64,000 nucleotides of DNA, taken from Spirochaetia bacterium. GTDB taxonomy: Bacteria > Spirochaetota > Spirochaetia > CADAEX01. A program made the position numbers and the translations under genes. Numbering within the stretch: position 1 is the first letter of the stretch; each line of letters begins with the position of its first letter. Location: positions 1,696,001 to 1,760,000 of the forward strand of contig OY759746.1 of NCBI GenBank assembly GCA_963662795.1. The letters are read 5' to 3'. Below the pieces are notes generated by a model that was not told where the DNA came from, ran no database searches, and was given only the letters and a program-made list of their open reading frames with translations. Below are positions 1-10,045 of this stretch, one piece after another.

Positions 1-116
1 ATGACGGTATATTGATTCTGCCCGGCAGAATAATAAGATTTGTCACACATCTTGATATAAATAAACCGGATATATTAAAAACAGCAGAAGTGATCGGGAA
101 ATATTTTATATCCTGA
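1..116 (+). CDS. 3' end of a probable low-specificity L-threonine aldolase (partial; begins before the window)
   Basis: Frame 3 reads DGILILPGRIIRFVTHLDINKPDILKTAEVIGKYFIS* (TGA 114-116). IRFVTHLDI resembles the LtaE C-terminal motif. Not in the ORF track. Confidence 0.6.
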   Translation, partial: DGILILPGRIIRFVTHLDINKPDILKTAEVIGKYFIS

Positions 117-144
117 TTAAACGGGAATTATATTAACCTGACTG

Positions 145-1362
145 TCAAAAAAAACAATTATCAAAATAATTGTTTATCGAATGGATTGCTCCGCCTAAAA
201 TACTTCCGTTTTTATTAAAAGAGGTGTATTGAATATCATAATATTTCTTCATATTGTTCAGCGAAATGTCAGATATTTTTTCCCTTAATTTTCCAATAAA
301 AAAATCTCCTGCGTCTGCAATTTCTCCTGCAATAATGATCAGTTCAGGATCAATCATCATGCATCCGTTTGATATTCCTATGGCATATAGTTCTGCAAAC
401 TCTTCCATTACCTTCATGGCAGCATGATTTCCATTATTCGAGTCATTAAAAATATCTGAAATTGTAAGTGAATCAGATTCTCCTCTTTTACCGCTTTTAT
501 TGTATAATTTTTTCGCTCTGGAAATAATCCTGTCATACGATATGATATTCTCAAAACACCCTCTTCCTCCGCAGTGACATATTTCTTTTGAAGTAGGGTC
601 AATTCTGATATGGCCAATTTCACCTGCAAGATAATTATTGCCGATGTACATATTCCCTTTTATTATTATTCCGCCACCAACACCTTCAGAACCTGCGGAA
701 AACACAAAAAAATTTTTTGTGTTTCTGGCTTTCCCGATTGCCTGTTCCGCCAGACAGATAAAACGCACCTGGTTATCAAGCCGAAAATTAAAATTCTCTG
801 AAGTTTTTTCTTTGAGTATTTTTATAATCGGTGTTTTATATTTCCAGGAAGGAAACCGCGAAGCAGTGAGTATTTCACCATTTTCAGGATCTGCAACTCC
901 AGGGACTGCAATGGATAGCCCAAGTAATTTTCGTGACTTATGAACAGTATCGGCAGTTACTTCATTAATAAAACCGGCAATTATGGAAGTTACTTTTCCT
1001 ATTGATTCATTTCCGGCAATGGGAATTATCCTGTTAATTTCAATATTTGCGCTTGTATCAGTGGTTGCCAGGCGGATTTTTGTATCTAAAATATGAACAG
1101 ATATTGTATAGCCGTATAAATTGTTTAATCCATAGAGATCAGGTTTTTTCCCGCCTTTATTACTGGAAATTCCTTTGCCTTTAAAAATAATAAGATTATT
1201 CTGAATTAAATGCTCAAATATCTTTATAACTGTTGTTTTACTGAGTTTTATTTTTATTGCCGCTTCGGTAATGGATAAATTTTCATTTTCTCGGAACAGC
1301 TTTAATACCAGTTTCTGATTTTTATTTTTAAGTGACTGCGGTTTTGCTCCGATTGGACTCAT
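145..1362 (-). CDS. ROK family transcriptional repressor (XylR/NagC-like)
   Basis: N-terminal HTH (LSITEAAIKIKLSKTTV), GGKKP linker, GEIGH and CHCGGRGCFE Zn motif; divergent from the sugar ABC operon. Confidence 0.92.
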   Translation of the reverse strand: MSPIGAKPQSLKNKNQKLVLKLFRENENLSITEAAIKIKLSKTTVIKIFEHLIQNNLIIFKGKGISSNKGGKKPDLYGLNNLYGYTISVHILDTKIRLATTDTSANIEINRIIPIAGNESIGKVTSIIAGFINEVTADTVHKSRKLLGLSIAVPGVADPENGEILTASRFPSWKYKTPIIKILKEKTSENFNFRLDNQVRFICLAEQAIGKARNTKNFFVFSAGSEGVGGGIIIKGNMYIGNNYLAGEIGHIRIDPTSKEICHCGGRGCFENIISYDRIISRAKKLYNKSGKRGESDSLTISDIFNDSNNGNHAAMKVMEEFAELYAIGISNGCMMIDPELIIIAGEIADAGDFFIGKLREKISDISLNNMKKYYDIQYTSFNKNGSILGGAIHSINNYFDNCFF

Positions 1363-1425
1363 TCCTGACCTCGTTCAATCTTGATATTATTCAGCATAAA
1401 GCTAAAATTGCAATACGTAAAGACA

Positions 1426-1466
1426 TTTATAAATAAAGTTGACAAACTAAAAAGCTGTGTTATACT
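1426..1466 (+). promoter_or_regulatory. sigma70 promoter of the sugar ABC/iolG operon, overlapping a candidate ROK operator half-site
   Basis: TTGACA 1439-1444, 16-bp spacer, TG-n-TATACT 1461-1466. ACAAACTAA (1442-1450) resembles a XylR-type ROK operator arm. Confidence 0.65.
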
Positions 1467-1496
1467 TATTTTAATAATTCAAATATGGAGGAATTT

Positions 1497-2456
1497 ATGA
1501 AAAAGAAAGTGTTGCTTGTTGCGCTTATCATTTGCGTTCTTATGCCATTTGCAATTTTTGCAGGCGGTAAAAAAGAAGCTGCTGGCGGGAAAATGAAAAT
1601 CGGGTATGTTGTTAAGGATAACACCGGCGATTACTGGAAAATAGTTCAGGCAGGTGCAATGGCTGCAGGAAAAGATTTTGACGTTGAAGTCTTATATAAT
1701 GGACCAAACGCAGAGACAGAAGTAATGCAGCAGGTCGCGATGATGGAAGATATGATTACAAAAAAAGTATCTGCACTTGTAATCGCCCCTTCACAGCCGA
1801 AAGCTGCAATTTCAGTATTCGACAAGGCAGATGCGGCAGGAATACCTGTTCTTCTTGCAGATACTGATGCTGACTGGAGTAAAAAAGTAACATTCCTTGG
1901 AACAGGGAATGAAGCAGCCGGTAAAATCGGCGGTGAATATATTGCAAAAAAACTTGGCCCAGGTGCTGAAATTGTTATCGTAAGAGGAGCTCTCGGCGAC
2001 CTTACACATGACCAGAGAAGCAATGGCGCTGCAAATGCTGCAAAAGCTGCAGGATGTAAAGTAGTAGATATTCAGCCTGCTGACAGCGATATGGCAAAAG
2101 CCATGGATGTTATGGAGAATCTGATTCAGGCAAATCCCAACATCAAGGGTGTATTCTGTACCAGCGATGCCATGGCAATTGGCGCCAACAGGGCTGTGGA
2201 AAAATCAGGCAAGAATATTGTGGTAATCGGTTTTGATGCTATACCTGTTGCGGTTGAAGAAATTATGAAAGGTAAAACATTTATAGGTTCAGTTGCCCAG
2301 AGTCCTTATAATATCGGCTATATGGGTGTTGAAAATGCCATTAAGGCGGCCAAAGGCGAAACTGTTGAAAAGAGAATTGATACAGGCGCGAAAATGATTG
2401 ATGCATCAAACGTACAGGCTTACAGTGACGATCTTAAGAAAATGCTTGGCAAATAA
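1497..2456 (+). CDS. Sugar (probably inositol) ABC transporter substrate-binding protein, RbsB-like
   Basis: Type I periplasmic binding protein motifs (YWKIVQAGA, VIGFD, VAQSPYNIGY). GGAGG RBS precedes ATG 1497; signal peptide ends FAGGKKE. Confidence 0.9.
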   Translation: MKKKVLLVALIICVLMPFAIFAGGKKEAAGGKMKIGYVVKDNTGDYWKIVQAGAMAAGKDFDVEVLYNGPNAETEVMQQVAMMEDMITKKVSALVIAPSQPKAAISVFDKADAAGIPVLLADTDADWSKKVTFLGTGNEAAGKIGGEYIAKKLGPGAEIVIVRGALGDLTHDQRSNGAANAAKAAGCKVVDIQPADSDMAKAMDVMENLIQANPNIKGVFCTSDAMAIGANRAVEKSGKNIVVIGFDAIPVAVEEIMKGKTFIGSVAQSPYNIGYMGVENAIKAAKGETVEKRIDTGAKMIDASNVQAYSDDLKKMLGK

Positions 2457-2485
2457 TAGTAAATTAAGTTACTGATTTAATTTAA

Positions 2486-2515
2486 AAATACCCTTTCCGC
2501 AAGGAAAGGGTATTT
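2486..2515 (+). terminator. Intra-operon stem-loop after the binding-protein gene
   Basis: AAATACCCTTTCC-GCAA-GGAAAGGGTATTT perfect inverted repeat. Confidence 0.7.
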
Positions 2516-2537
2516 AAAATAATCATGGGAGAAAATA

Positions 2538-4046
2538 ATGACTCAACCATTTATTAAACTGGAAAGCATAACGAAAAAATTTCCAGGGGTTGTTGCTCTT
2601 AATAATGTATCTTTGGATCTTTATCAGGGAGAGATTCATGGTCTCATTGGTGAGAATGGCGCCGGTAAATCAACATTTATAAAAGTTCTTACAGGTGTCC
2701 ATACTCCTGAAAAGGGTGAAATAATTTTAAAAGGGAATCCAATAAAAATTGAAAACACAAAGCACGCTATTGATCTTGAGATTGGTTGTATTTATCAGGA
2801 ACTCAATAATATACCGCAGCTTTCTGTAACTGATAATATTTTTCTGGGATGCCAGTTGAAAAAAAAATCCGGATTACTCGATTATGAGACAATGCATAAA
2901 AAAGCAAGAGAACTTCTAAATGATCTGGGACAGGATATTGATCCTACTTTGCCTATTGAAAAACTCGGTATGGGACATCAGCAGATGGTTGAGATTGTCA
3001 AGGCCATTACTAAAGATATTAAAATGCTGATTATGGATGAACCTACTTCCAGTCTTAGTGAGACAGAGGTTAAAGAACTTGTTGACGCTGTCCGGAAACT
3101 GAAGAGCAAGGGAGTTGGTATTCTTTTTGTTTCCCACAAACTGGAAGAGATATTTGAATTATGCGACAAAGTTACTGTCTTCAGGGATGGGCAGCATGTA
3201 ATAACGGGAAATGTTTCTGATTTTACAAATGATCTTCTTATCCAGAATATGGTCGGACGGGAGATAACCCAGCAGTTCCCGAAAATAGAATTTAAAAAAG
3301 GCGAGGAAATACTCAGGGTAGAAAACTTTACACGCTACGGGGTATACCGGAAAATTAATTTTTCTCTTTCAAGAGGTGAAATACTTGGTTTTTCAGGTCT
3401 TGTAGGCGCCGGGCGGACAGAACTTATCCGCGGAATATTTGGCGCGGATCCTATAGATGAAGGTAAATTGTATTTAAACGGAAAGGAAGTGAACATCAAC
3501 AGCCCTGAAACTGCTGTCCGGAATAGATTCGCACTTTTGACAGAAGACAGAAAAACTCAGGGGCTGGTGCTTGGTGCATCAATTCTTTCAAATTTAATAA
3601 TTACCTGCCTTTGCAAATTTAAAAAAGGCCTCTTCCTTGACAACGCCAAAATATGCAAAGCAGTTGATCATAATATTAAATCATTGCAAATCAAGACACC
3701 TGGTCCTGATACACTCGCAGAACAGTTGAGCGGCGGTAATCAGCAGAAAGTTGTTGTCGGTAAATGGCTTAACAGTGATGCGGAAATATATATATTTGAT
3801 GAACCTACCCGGGGCATTGATGTCGGGGCAAAGGTTGAAGTTTATAATCTGATGAATAAAATACTCGAAGAGGATAAAGCTATCATAATGATTTCTTCGG
3901 AGTTGCCTGAGATTCTGGGGATGAGCGACAGGATTATCGTTATGAGAAACGGGAATATTACTGCTGAAATAAAAAGAGGCAGTAAGCAGTTTAATCAGGA
4001 AGATATTATGCATGCATCCTGGGATGACAGCGCCATAAAGGAGTAA
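2538..4046 (+). CDS. Sugar ABC transporter ATP-binding protein (RbsA-like, two NBDs)
   Basis: GENGAGKST, DEPTS, SGLVGAGRTE, LSGGNQQK, DEPTRGIDVGAK. Confidence 0.95.
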   Translation: MTQPFIKLESITKKFPGVVALNNVSLDLYQGEIHGLIGENGAGKSTFIKVLTGVHTPEKGEIILKGNPIKIENTKHAIDLEIGCIYQELNNIPQLSVTDNIFLGCQLKKKSGLLDYETMHKKARELLNDLGQDIDPTLPIEKLGMGHQQMVEIVKAITKDIKMLIMDEPTSSLSETEVKELVDAVRKLKSKGVGILFVSHKLEEIFELCDKVTVFRDGQHVITGNVSDFTNDLLIQNMVGREITQQFPKIEFKKGEEILRVENFTRYGVYRKINFSLSRGEILGFSGLVGAGRTELIRGIFGADPIDEGKLYLNGKEVNINSPETAVRNRFALLTEDRKTQGLVLGASILSNLIITCLCKFKKGLFLDNAKICKAVDHNIKSLQIKTPGPDTLAEQLSGGNQQKVVVGKWLNSDAEIYIFDEPTRGIDVGAKVEVYNLMNKILEEDKAIIMISSELPEILGMSDRIIVMRNGNITAEIKRGSKQFNQEDIMHASWDDSAIKE

Positions 4047-4049
4047 AAG

Positions 4050-5045
4050 ATGAAAAATGCGAATGGTAAAAATATTGATTATAAAGAAGTGCTGTCCAAG
4101 CTTGGACCGCTTCTTGCCCTTGTTCTGGTTAGTATGGCTTTATCGCTTGGTACTGAACAGTTTATGACAGTTGGCAATATCACAAATATTATGAGACAGG
4201 CTTCCATTAACAGCCTGATTGCCGCCGGTATGATGATGGTCATTCTGACAGGCGGTATTGACCTTTCTGTAGGTTCGATAACCGCATTTGCAGCCTGCGT
4301 AATGGGGGTAATGATTAAAAACGGCATAATGAATCCTGTTCTGCTGATTGTGAGCGGATTCGGTGCCGGTACTTTTGTAGGCTATATCAACGGTATTCTT
4401 CTTACAAAGTTAAGATTACCTCATCCTTTTATATCTACAATTGGAACCAGAAATATTTTCAGAGGATTGGCTCTTCTCATAACTGCTGCCTCTCCGATAT
4501 CAGGATTTCCCAAAGCTGTACAGTATCCTGGTACAGGTGACATTTTTTTGGGAATACCGGTAAGTTTTTTAATTGTTATTGTAATGTATATCGGGATACA
4601 TATTTTTTTAAATAATACAGCTTTAGGCCGGCATATTTACGCAGTCGGAGGAAACAAGGAGGCAGCAAGGCTTTCAGGACTCAATGTCAATAAGATTTTG
4701 ATAATAGTATACGCAATATGCGGTTTTATGTGTGCTTTTGCCGCGCTTGTTATGATCGGCCGTCTCAATACAGCTTTCCCTCTTGCCGGTTCAACTGCTG
4801 ACATGGATGCAATTGCTTCCTGCATTATCGGGGGAGTTTCCTTCCTTGGTGGAAAAGGGACAATCTGGGGAACATTGATCGGTTCTCTTCTGATTACAGT
4901 CTTAAGAAACGGCTTGAACCTTATTGGTGCATCTGCAGATATGCAGCTTGTTGTAATTGGACTTGTAATTATTGTTGCGGTTTATGTTGACGTACTTAGA
5001 GCAAGTGCGGAAGCCAAATCAAAAAGACTTGCTGCAAAAAAATAA
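4050..5045 (+). CDS. Sugar ABC transporter permease (RbsC-like)
   Basis: TGGIDLSVGS, GRHIYAVGGNKEAARLSG; hydrophobic. Confidence 0.95.
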   Translation: MKNANGKNIDYKEVLSKLGPLLALVLVSMALSLGTEQFMTVGNITNIMRQASINSLIAAGMMMVILTGGIDLSVGSITAFAACVMGVMIKNGIMNPVLLIVSGFGAGTFVGYINGILLTKLRLPHPFISTIGTRNIFRGLALLITAASPISGFPKAVQYPGTGDIFLGIPVSFLIVIVMYIGIHIFLNNTALGRHIYAVGGNKEAARLSGLNVNKILIIVYAICGFMCAFAALVMIGRLNTAFPLAGSTADMDAIASCIIGGVSFLGGKGTIWGTLIGSLLITVLRNGLNLIGASADMQLVVIGLVIIVAVYVDVLRASAEAKSKRLAAKK

Positions 5046-5101
5046 AAAACAGTGTCCGGCATTTTTTGTGCCGGCTTTATGAATTAACAGGAGATAAGAT
5101 T

Positions 5102-6118
5102 GTGGATAAAATAAAATTAGGTATAATAGGCGCCGGAAGAATTGGCCGTGTACACGCGGAAAGTGTGACATTCCATATTCCTGATGCTGAGGTAGCAGCT
5201 GTTGCTGATCCTTTTATTACTGAGGAAGGTAAAAAGTTTTTTAATAATCTTGGAGTAAAAGAAATTTTCAAAGATTACACGGATATCCTTGCAAGGAAAG
5301 AAATAGACGCAGTCCTGATCTGCTCGTCAACTGATACACATGCAAAGATTACAATCGAGGCTGCAAAAGCTGGAAAGGATATTTTTTGTGAAAAACCGAT
5401 AGATCTTGATATAAGCAGGATAAAAGAAACCTTAAAAGCTGTTAAAGAGGCCGGTGTAAAATTCCAGGTTGGCTTCAACAGGAGGTTTGACCGCAACTTC
5501 AGCGCTTTAAAAAAGAGTGTTGCTGACGGAAAGGTCGGCGATGTACATATAGTGAAAATAACATCCAGGGATCCGGCTCCGCCTCCTGTAGAATATATAA
5601 AAGTTTCAGGAGGGCTCTTCTGCGACATGATGATACATGATTTTGATCTTGCAGGATATCTGTCTGGAAGTGAAGTTGTTGAGGTTTTTGCCAGTGGAGC
5701 TGTTCTTGTTGACCCTGCCATCGGTAAAGCCGGAGATATTGATACAGCAATTGTCACTCTTAAATTCGCCAATGGCGCAATTGGTGTTATTGATAACTCA
5801 AGGCAGGCTGTTTACGGATATGACCAGAGGGCGGAAGTTTTCGGATCGAAAGGATGTGCTGCTGTAGAAAACGAAAAACCTTCAACAAATAAAATCAGCA
5901 ATAAAGACGCAGTATGTGAAGAGAAACCGCTTTATTTCTTTCTTGAAAGATATATGCAGGCTTATGCTGCTGAGGTAGGTGAATTTGTCTCAGCAATAAA
6001 GAACGGAAAGGATGTTCCGGTTGGAGGGGATGCCGGTCTTGCATCAGTTGTAATAGCAAAAGCGGCAATGAAATCACTTAAGGAAAACAGGCCTGTCAAA
6101 ATAAGCGAGATGGAGTAG
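5102..6118 (+). CDS. iolG: myo-inositol 2-dehydrogenase
   Basis: GAGRIG, CEKP, VGFNRRFD, ITSRDP, DMMIHDFD, YGYDQRAEVFG, FFLERY. Start moved to GTG 5102 after AGGAG. Confidence 0.9.
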   Translation: MDKIKLGIIGAGRIGRVHAESVTFHIPDAEVAAVADPFITEEGKKFFNNLGVKEIFKDYTDILARKEIDAVLICSSTDTHAKITIEAAKAGKDIFCEKPIDLDISRIKETLKAVKEAGVKFQVGFNRRFDRNFSALKKSVADGKVGDVHIVKITSRDPAPPPVEYIKVSGGLFCDMMIHDFDLAGYLSGSEVVEVFASGAVLVDPAIGKAGDIDTAIVTLKFANGAIGVIDNSRQAVYGYDQRAEVFGSKGCAAVENEKPSTNKISNKDAVCEEKPLYFFLERYMQAYAAEVGEFVSAIKNGKDVPVGGDAGLASVVIAKAAMKSLKENRPVKISEME

Positions 6119-6119
6119 G

Positions 6120-6911
6120 TTGATGAAATATTCGTTATGTACTGAAATGATGTACGGAAAACTTGATTTTACAGACAGGTTCAAAGCCGCAGCTGATGAT
6201 GGATTTGAATATTGTGAATTCTGGAGATGGGAAGGAAGAGACTGGAATGCAATTACAAAAGCAGTAAAACAATCAGGTCTTAAAGTATCTTCCTTCTCTG
6301 GTGATGACAAATACTCACTTGTTGATCCTGAAGATTCATCTTCCTATCTTGATTTTTTAGGGCAGTCAATTGAGAAGGCTGTATCAATAGGGTGTCCGAA
6401 TCTTGTAATACATACAGATGCTCTAAATCCTGCTGACGGGAGTGCAAAAAAAACCAAATCCGATTTAAGCCCTGAACAGAAACTCATGAATGCTTATGAT
6501 ATGCTTAAAAAGTGTGCGCCCCTTGCTGCTAAGGGCGGGGTTACCCTGGTTCTTGAGCCACTTAATACTTTGGTTGATCATAAAAATTATTTTCTCTCGG
6601 ACCCTGATGTATCTTTTGATCTGATTGAAGCAGTTGCATCCAGAAATATCAAATTATTATTTGATATCTATCATATGCAGATCATGAAAGGGAATATAAT
6701 TGACCGGCTTCAGAAGAATATCGATAAAATCGGGTATATACATGCGGCCGATGTACCAGGGAGGCACGAACCCGGTACGGGAGAGCTTTCATATGGAAAT
6801 ATTTTCATAGCTCTGAAAGAATCCGGATACGCAGGTTTTGTGGGATTTGAACTTTCTCCAATGAGTGACAACGGGAAGGCAATAGAAGCAATCAAACGGA
6901 GTATGGTCTGA
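6120..6911 (+). CDS. Hydroxypyruvate isomerase-family TIM-barrel protein (possible inosose isomerase)
   Basis: LEPLN, LFDIYHMQ, HAADVPGRHEPGTGE motifs. Confidence 0.8.
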   Translation: MMKYSLCTEMMYGKLDFTDRFKAAADDGFEYCEFWRWEGRDWNAITKAVKQSGLKVSSFSGDDKYSLVDPEDSSSYLDFLGQSIEKAVSIGCPNLVIHTDALNPADGSAKKTKSDLSPEQKLMNAYDMLKKCAPLAAKGGVTLVLEPLNTLVDHKNYFLSDPDVSFDLIEAVASRNIKLLFDIYHMQIMKGNIIDRLQKNIDKIGYIHAADVPGRHEPGTGELSYGNIFIALKESGYAGFVGFELSPMSDNGKAIEAIKRSMV

Positions 6912-6936
6912 TAATTTAAAAATAGCTTTTACGTAA

Positions 6937-6965
6937 AGGGCGGTTTTTCGCCGCCCTGATTTTTT
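6937..6965 (+). terminator. Intrinsic terminator
   Basis: AGGGCGG-tttttcg-CCGCCCT followed by a T-rich tract. Confidence 0.65.
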
Positions 6966-7018
6966 GGATTCTGACAGGTATTAAGATGCCGGGCTGCTCA
7001 TGTAAAATCTTATTGTTC

Positions 7019-7047
7019 TTGACAAAACGGTATACCAGTGGCATAAT
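7019..7047 (+). promoter_or_regulatory. Promoter of the iolN-O-M operon containing a candidate GntR operator
   Basis: TTGACA 7019-7024, 17 bp, CATAAT 7042-7047. Box GGTATACCAGTGGCATA (7029-7045) matches 15/17 the box upstream of the gntR gene. Confidence 0.72.
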
Positions 7048-7092
7048 ATTATTAAAGGGCTTTATCTGAAGTCAGATTTCGGGGAGGGTTAA

Positions 7093-8211
7093 ATGCTTAA
7101 GTATGCGATGATCGGAGGCGGCGAAGGCTCATTCATTGGGGATGTCCACAGAAGAGCCATAAGATTTGACGGAAGGGCCAGCCTGGTTGCAGGGTGCTTT
7201 TCAAGGGATGCGGCGAATAATAAAAAAACAGGTGAGTCTCTTTTTTTAAACCCAAAGAGGGTTTATTCCAGCTACGAAGAACTTATCAGAAGCGAAAAAG
7301 AACTTGATTTCATAGCAATTGTAACTCCAAATTATCTGCATTATCCAATTGCCAAAAAATGTCTGGAAAATGGAATTAATGTAGTTTGTGAAAAACCGGT
7401 TACAGTTGCACTTGAGGAAGCACTGGAACTGAAAAAATTAAGTGAAAAAAATAACTGTCATTTTGCTGTTACCTATACATATACAGGGTATCCAATGGTT
7501 AAAGAGATGAAAGTGCTTATTGATGAGGGCAGACTTGGAAAATTACGGTTTGTCAAAGCCGATTGCCCTGAAGCATGGATGGCGGAAAAAGTTGAAGATA
7601 AGGGGAACAGACAGGCACTGTGGAGGGCCGACCCGGCACAGGGTGGAAAAACCAACTGCCTTGGTGACATCGGTATCCATATCGAAAATCTGGTCAGTTA
7701 TGTTACAGGTTTAAAAATCAAAAAAGTGTGTGCTGTTGTTGATAAATTTGTTGAAGGAAGAAAACTGGATGATAATGCAGTTGTTATGGTTGAATATGAG
7801 GAGGGCGCAAAGGGTTTATACTGGCTGTCATATATCGCAATCGGTCAGGGTAATGGCATGAAAATAGAGATCTATGGATCGAAAGGATCTGTTGTGTGGG
7901 TACAGGAGCAGCCGAATGAGCTTATTTATACAGCATTGAATGAACCATCGAGTATTTTAAAAAGGGGTGCCGCCTATTTATCCTCACTGCAGAAGGAAAA
8001 CACCCGTTTACCGGAAGGTCACCCTGAAGGGTATTATGAAGCATTATCAAACATTTATAATTATTTTTTTGATGAGCTGCTGAGGAAAAGCCCCCCTGTC
8101 AGTAATGGGAAATATAAATACCCAACTTTAAGGGATGGCGTGGAAAGTCTTCTTTTTGTAAAGAGGTCACTTGAAAGCGCTGATAACAATTCATGTTGGG
8201 TGAATATATAA
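7093..8211 (+). CDS. Gfo/Idh/MocA family oxidoreductase
   Basis: MIGGGEGSFIG, VTPNYLHY, CEKP, GDIGIH, RLPEGHPEGY. Confidence 0.9.
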   Translation: MLKYAMIGGGEGSFIGDVHRRAIRFDGRASLVAGCFSRDAANNKKTGESLFLNPKRVYSSYEELIRSEKELDFIAIVTPNYLHYPIAKKCLENGINVVCEKPVTVALEEALELKKLSEKNNCHFAVTYTYTGYPMVKEMKVLIDEGRLGKLRFVKADCPEAWMAEKVEDKGNRQALWRADPAQGGKTNCLGDIGIHIENLVSYVTGLKIKKVCAVVDKFVEGRKLDDNAVVMVEYEEGAKGLYWLSYIAIGQGNGMKIEIYGSKGSVVWVQEQPNELIYTALNEPSSILKRGAAYLSSLQKENTRLPEGHPEGYYEALSNIYNYFFDELLRKSPPVSNGKYKYPTLRDGVESLLFVKRSLESADNNSCWVNI

Positions 8212-8243
8212 AAAAATATAAGTTTTATAAGGAGAATAGAGTT

Positions 8244-9215
8244 ATGGGTAAATGGACAATTCCGCCTGAAGGCGGGCACATGGAAAGACCAACAGGTGTT
8301 TATTATCAGACCATGAATGGTCACGAGATTGAGGAGCGGCTTAAGAAGAGTGATATGCTTATTCTTCCTATAGGCAGCACGGAAAATCACGGAAAAAATG
8401 CATGTTCCGGTGAAGATACTTTTCTGGTTACGCGTCTTGCTGAGGCTGTCGCGCAAAAAACAGGATGTACAGTAGCTGAACCTATTTGGTACGGTTCACA
8501 CCCTTTTCATCATCTGGGGATGCCGGGTACAATTGTTATTCCTGAAGAGGATTTATCCGCCTATATTCGTGCAGTTGTAGCAGGATTCTGGAACACGGGG
8601 TTTCGAAAAATCATATTATTAAACGGACATGGTCAGGATTATGTAATTCCTCTGGCAATTCATCAGTTTGCAAAAAAATATCAGGTTCCTGCCATTCTTG
8701 TAAATGTTAACTGGTGGTTTGTTATTCCGGATCATTTAAGAGACAAAGCCCATGGCGGTGTTTTTGAAACTCCGTTTATCCATGCTGATGAAGTTGAGAC
8801 TTCTTTTTCTATGGCGCTTTTCCCGGAACTTATCAATCAGGAATATGCAGAAAAATCCGTACCTGCAAAGATTTTTCCGGAAGGTCATATAAACAAATCA
8901 GGAAGTGTTTACAAAGAAGAATCTCCTATAGATTTCTGGTGTCAGGTCGGCGCTTCAGCGATAGAAGTTGTTTCAACTCCCGAAGGTGTTGTTGGTGATG
9001 CAACACTTGCCGACCCCGAAAAAGCCAAACCAGGAGTGTATGCTATACTTGATTATCTTGAAAAATTGATAAACGATATCATGAAAATGTATCCTGCCGG
9101 AAAACTTCCACCAATTGAATTAATGACAATGAGAGATAAAAAAGAAATTGAAGATGTGATTAAAGGGCCGATTAATGGCGGAAAGCATATTTATACATTA
9201 GGATATCCTACATAG
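8244..9215 (+). CDS. iolN: 3-dehydro-scyllo-inosose hydrolase (creatininase family)
   Basis: MERPTGVYYQTM, GSTENHG, GEDTFLVTR, GFWNTGFRK, ETPFIHADEVETS closely follow Thermotoga IolN as I recall it; adjacent to iolO and iolM. Start ATG 8244 after AAGGAG. Confidence 0.88.
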   Translation: MGKWTIPPEGGHMERPTGVYYQTMNGHEIEERLKKSDMLILPIGSTENHGKNACSGEDTFLVTRLAEAVAQKTGCTVAEPIWYGSHPFHHLGMPGTIVIPEEDLSAYIRAVVAGFWNTGFRKIILLNGHGQDYVIPLAIHQFAKKYQVPAILVNVNWWFVIPDHLRDKAHGGVFETPFIHADEVETSFSMALFPELINQEYAEKSVPAKIFPEGHINKSGSVYKEESPIDFWCQVGASAIEVVSTPEGVVGDATLADPEKAKPGVYAILDYLEKLINDIMKMYPAGKLPPIELMTMRDKKEIEDVIKGPINGGKHIYTLGYPT

Positions 9216-9223
9216 GGGAAAAA

Positions 9224-10045
9224 ATGAAAATAGCAGCCAGCGTTACACCAAATAAGACGAAATTCGGCCCCCTTTTATATCCCGGCGATATTGAGAGGGG
9301 ACTGAAAGAGCTTTCGGAAATGGGTTATGACGGAATTGAATTAAGCCTCAGAACGCCTGACGATATGGAAAAGAAAGAGTTGTTTGGGTTGCTTGATAAA
9401 TATGATATGGAATTGTTGTCTGTTGCAACAGGACAAAGTTTTATTGAGGACTCAGTTTCTCTCTTTACTTTAGACACAGAAAAAAGAAATGAAGCTGTGC
9501 GGAGGATCAGGGGTTATATCGATCTAGTATCTGAGACTGAAGGATGTGTTATTCTTGGCGGAATTAAAGGAAAACTGGAAGGTGCTGATGACAAAAAGCA
9601 ATTTGAGTCAGGCAGCTGCGCTATCGCCGACTGTTTATCCTATGCCGAAAAGGCTGGAGCTGTTCTGCTTCTGGAAGCTATAAACCGGTATGAAACCAAT
9701 TTATTCAATACGGTCGCCTCATGCAATGAATATGTCAAGGCTATGAAGTCTTCACATCTGAAGATTCTTCCTGACACATATCATATGAATATTGAGGAAA
9801 GGTCTTTTCATGATGCCCTGCATGAGGTATCTGATGCTGTAGGTGCGATACATTGTGCAGACAACAACCGTCTGGCCCCGGGGATGGGGCATATTGACTT
9901 TAGAAGTATCCTGAGTCAGGTTAAAACATTTAAAAATCTGAAATACATAGGGGTAGAGGTTCTGCCTCTGCCGGAGAGTAAAGAGTGTGCGCAGACAGCC
10001 ATTAATACAATCAGAGGTTGTTTAAATGAGGAGGTGGTCAAATGA
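9224..10045 (+). CDS. iolO: 5-keto-L-gluconate epimerase
   Basis: ATGQSF, EAINRYET, DTYHMNIEE, HCADNNRLAPGMGH, EVLPLP; context with iolN and iolM. Confidence 0.82.
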   Translation: MKIAASVTPNKTKFGPLLYPGDIERGLKELSEMGYDGIELSLRTPDDMEKKELFGLLDKYDMELLSVATGQSFIEDSVSLFTLDTEKRNEAVRRIRGYIDLVSETEGCVILGGIKGKLEGADDKKQFESGSCAIADCLSYAEKAGAVLLLEAINRYETNLFNTVASCNEYVKAMKSSHLKILPDTYHMNIEERSFHDALHEVSDAVGAIHCADNNRLAPGMGHIDFRSILSQVKTFKNLKYIGVEVLPLPESKECAQTAINTIRGCLNEEVVK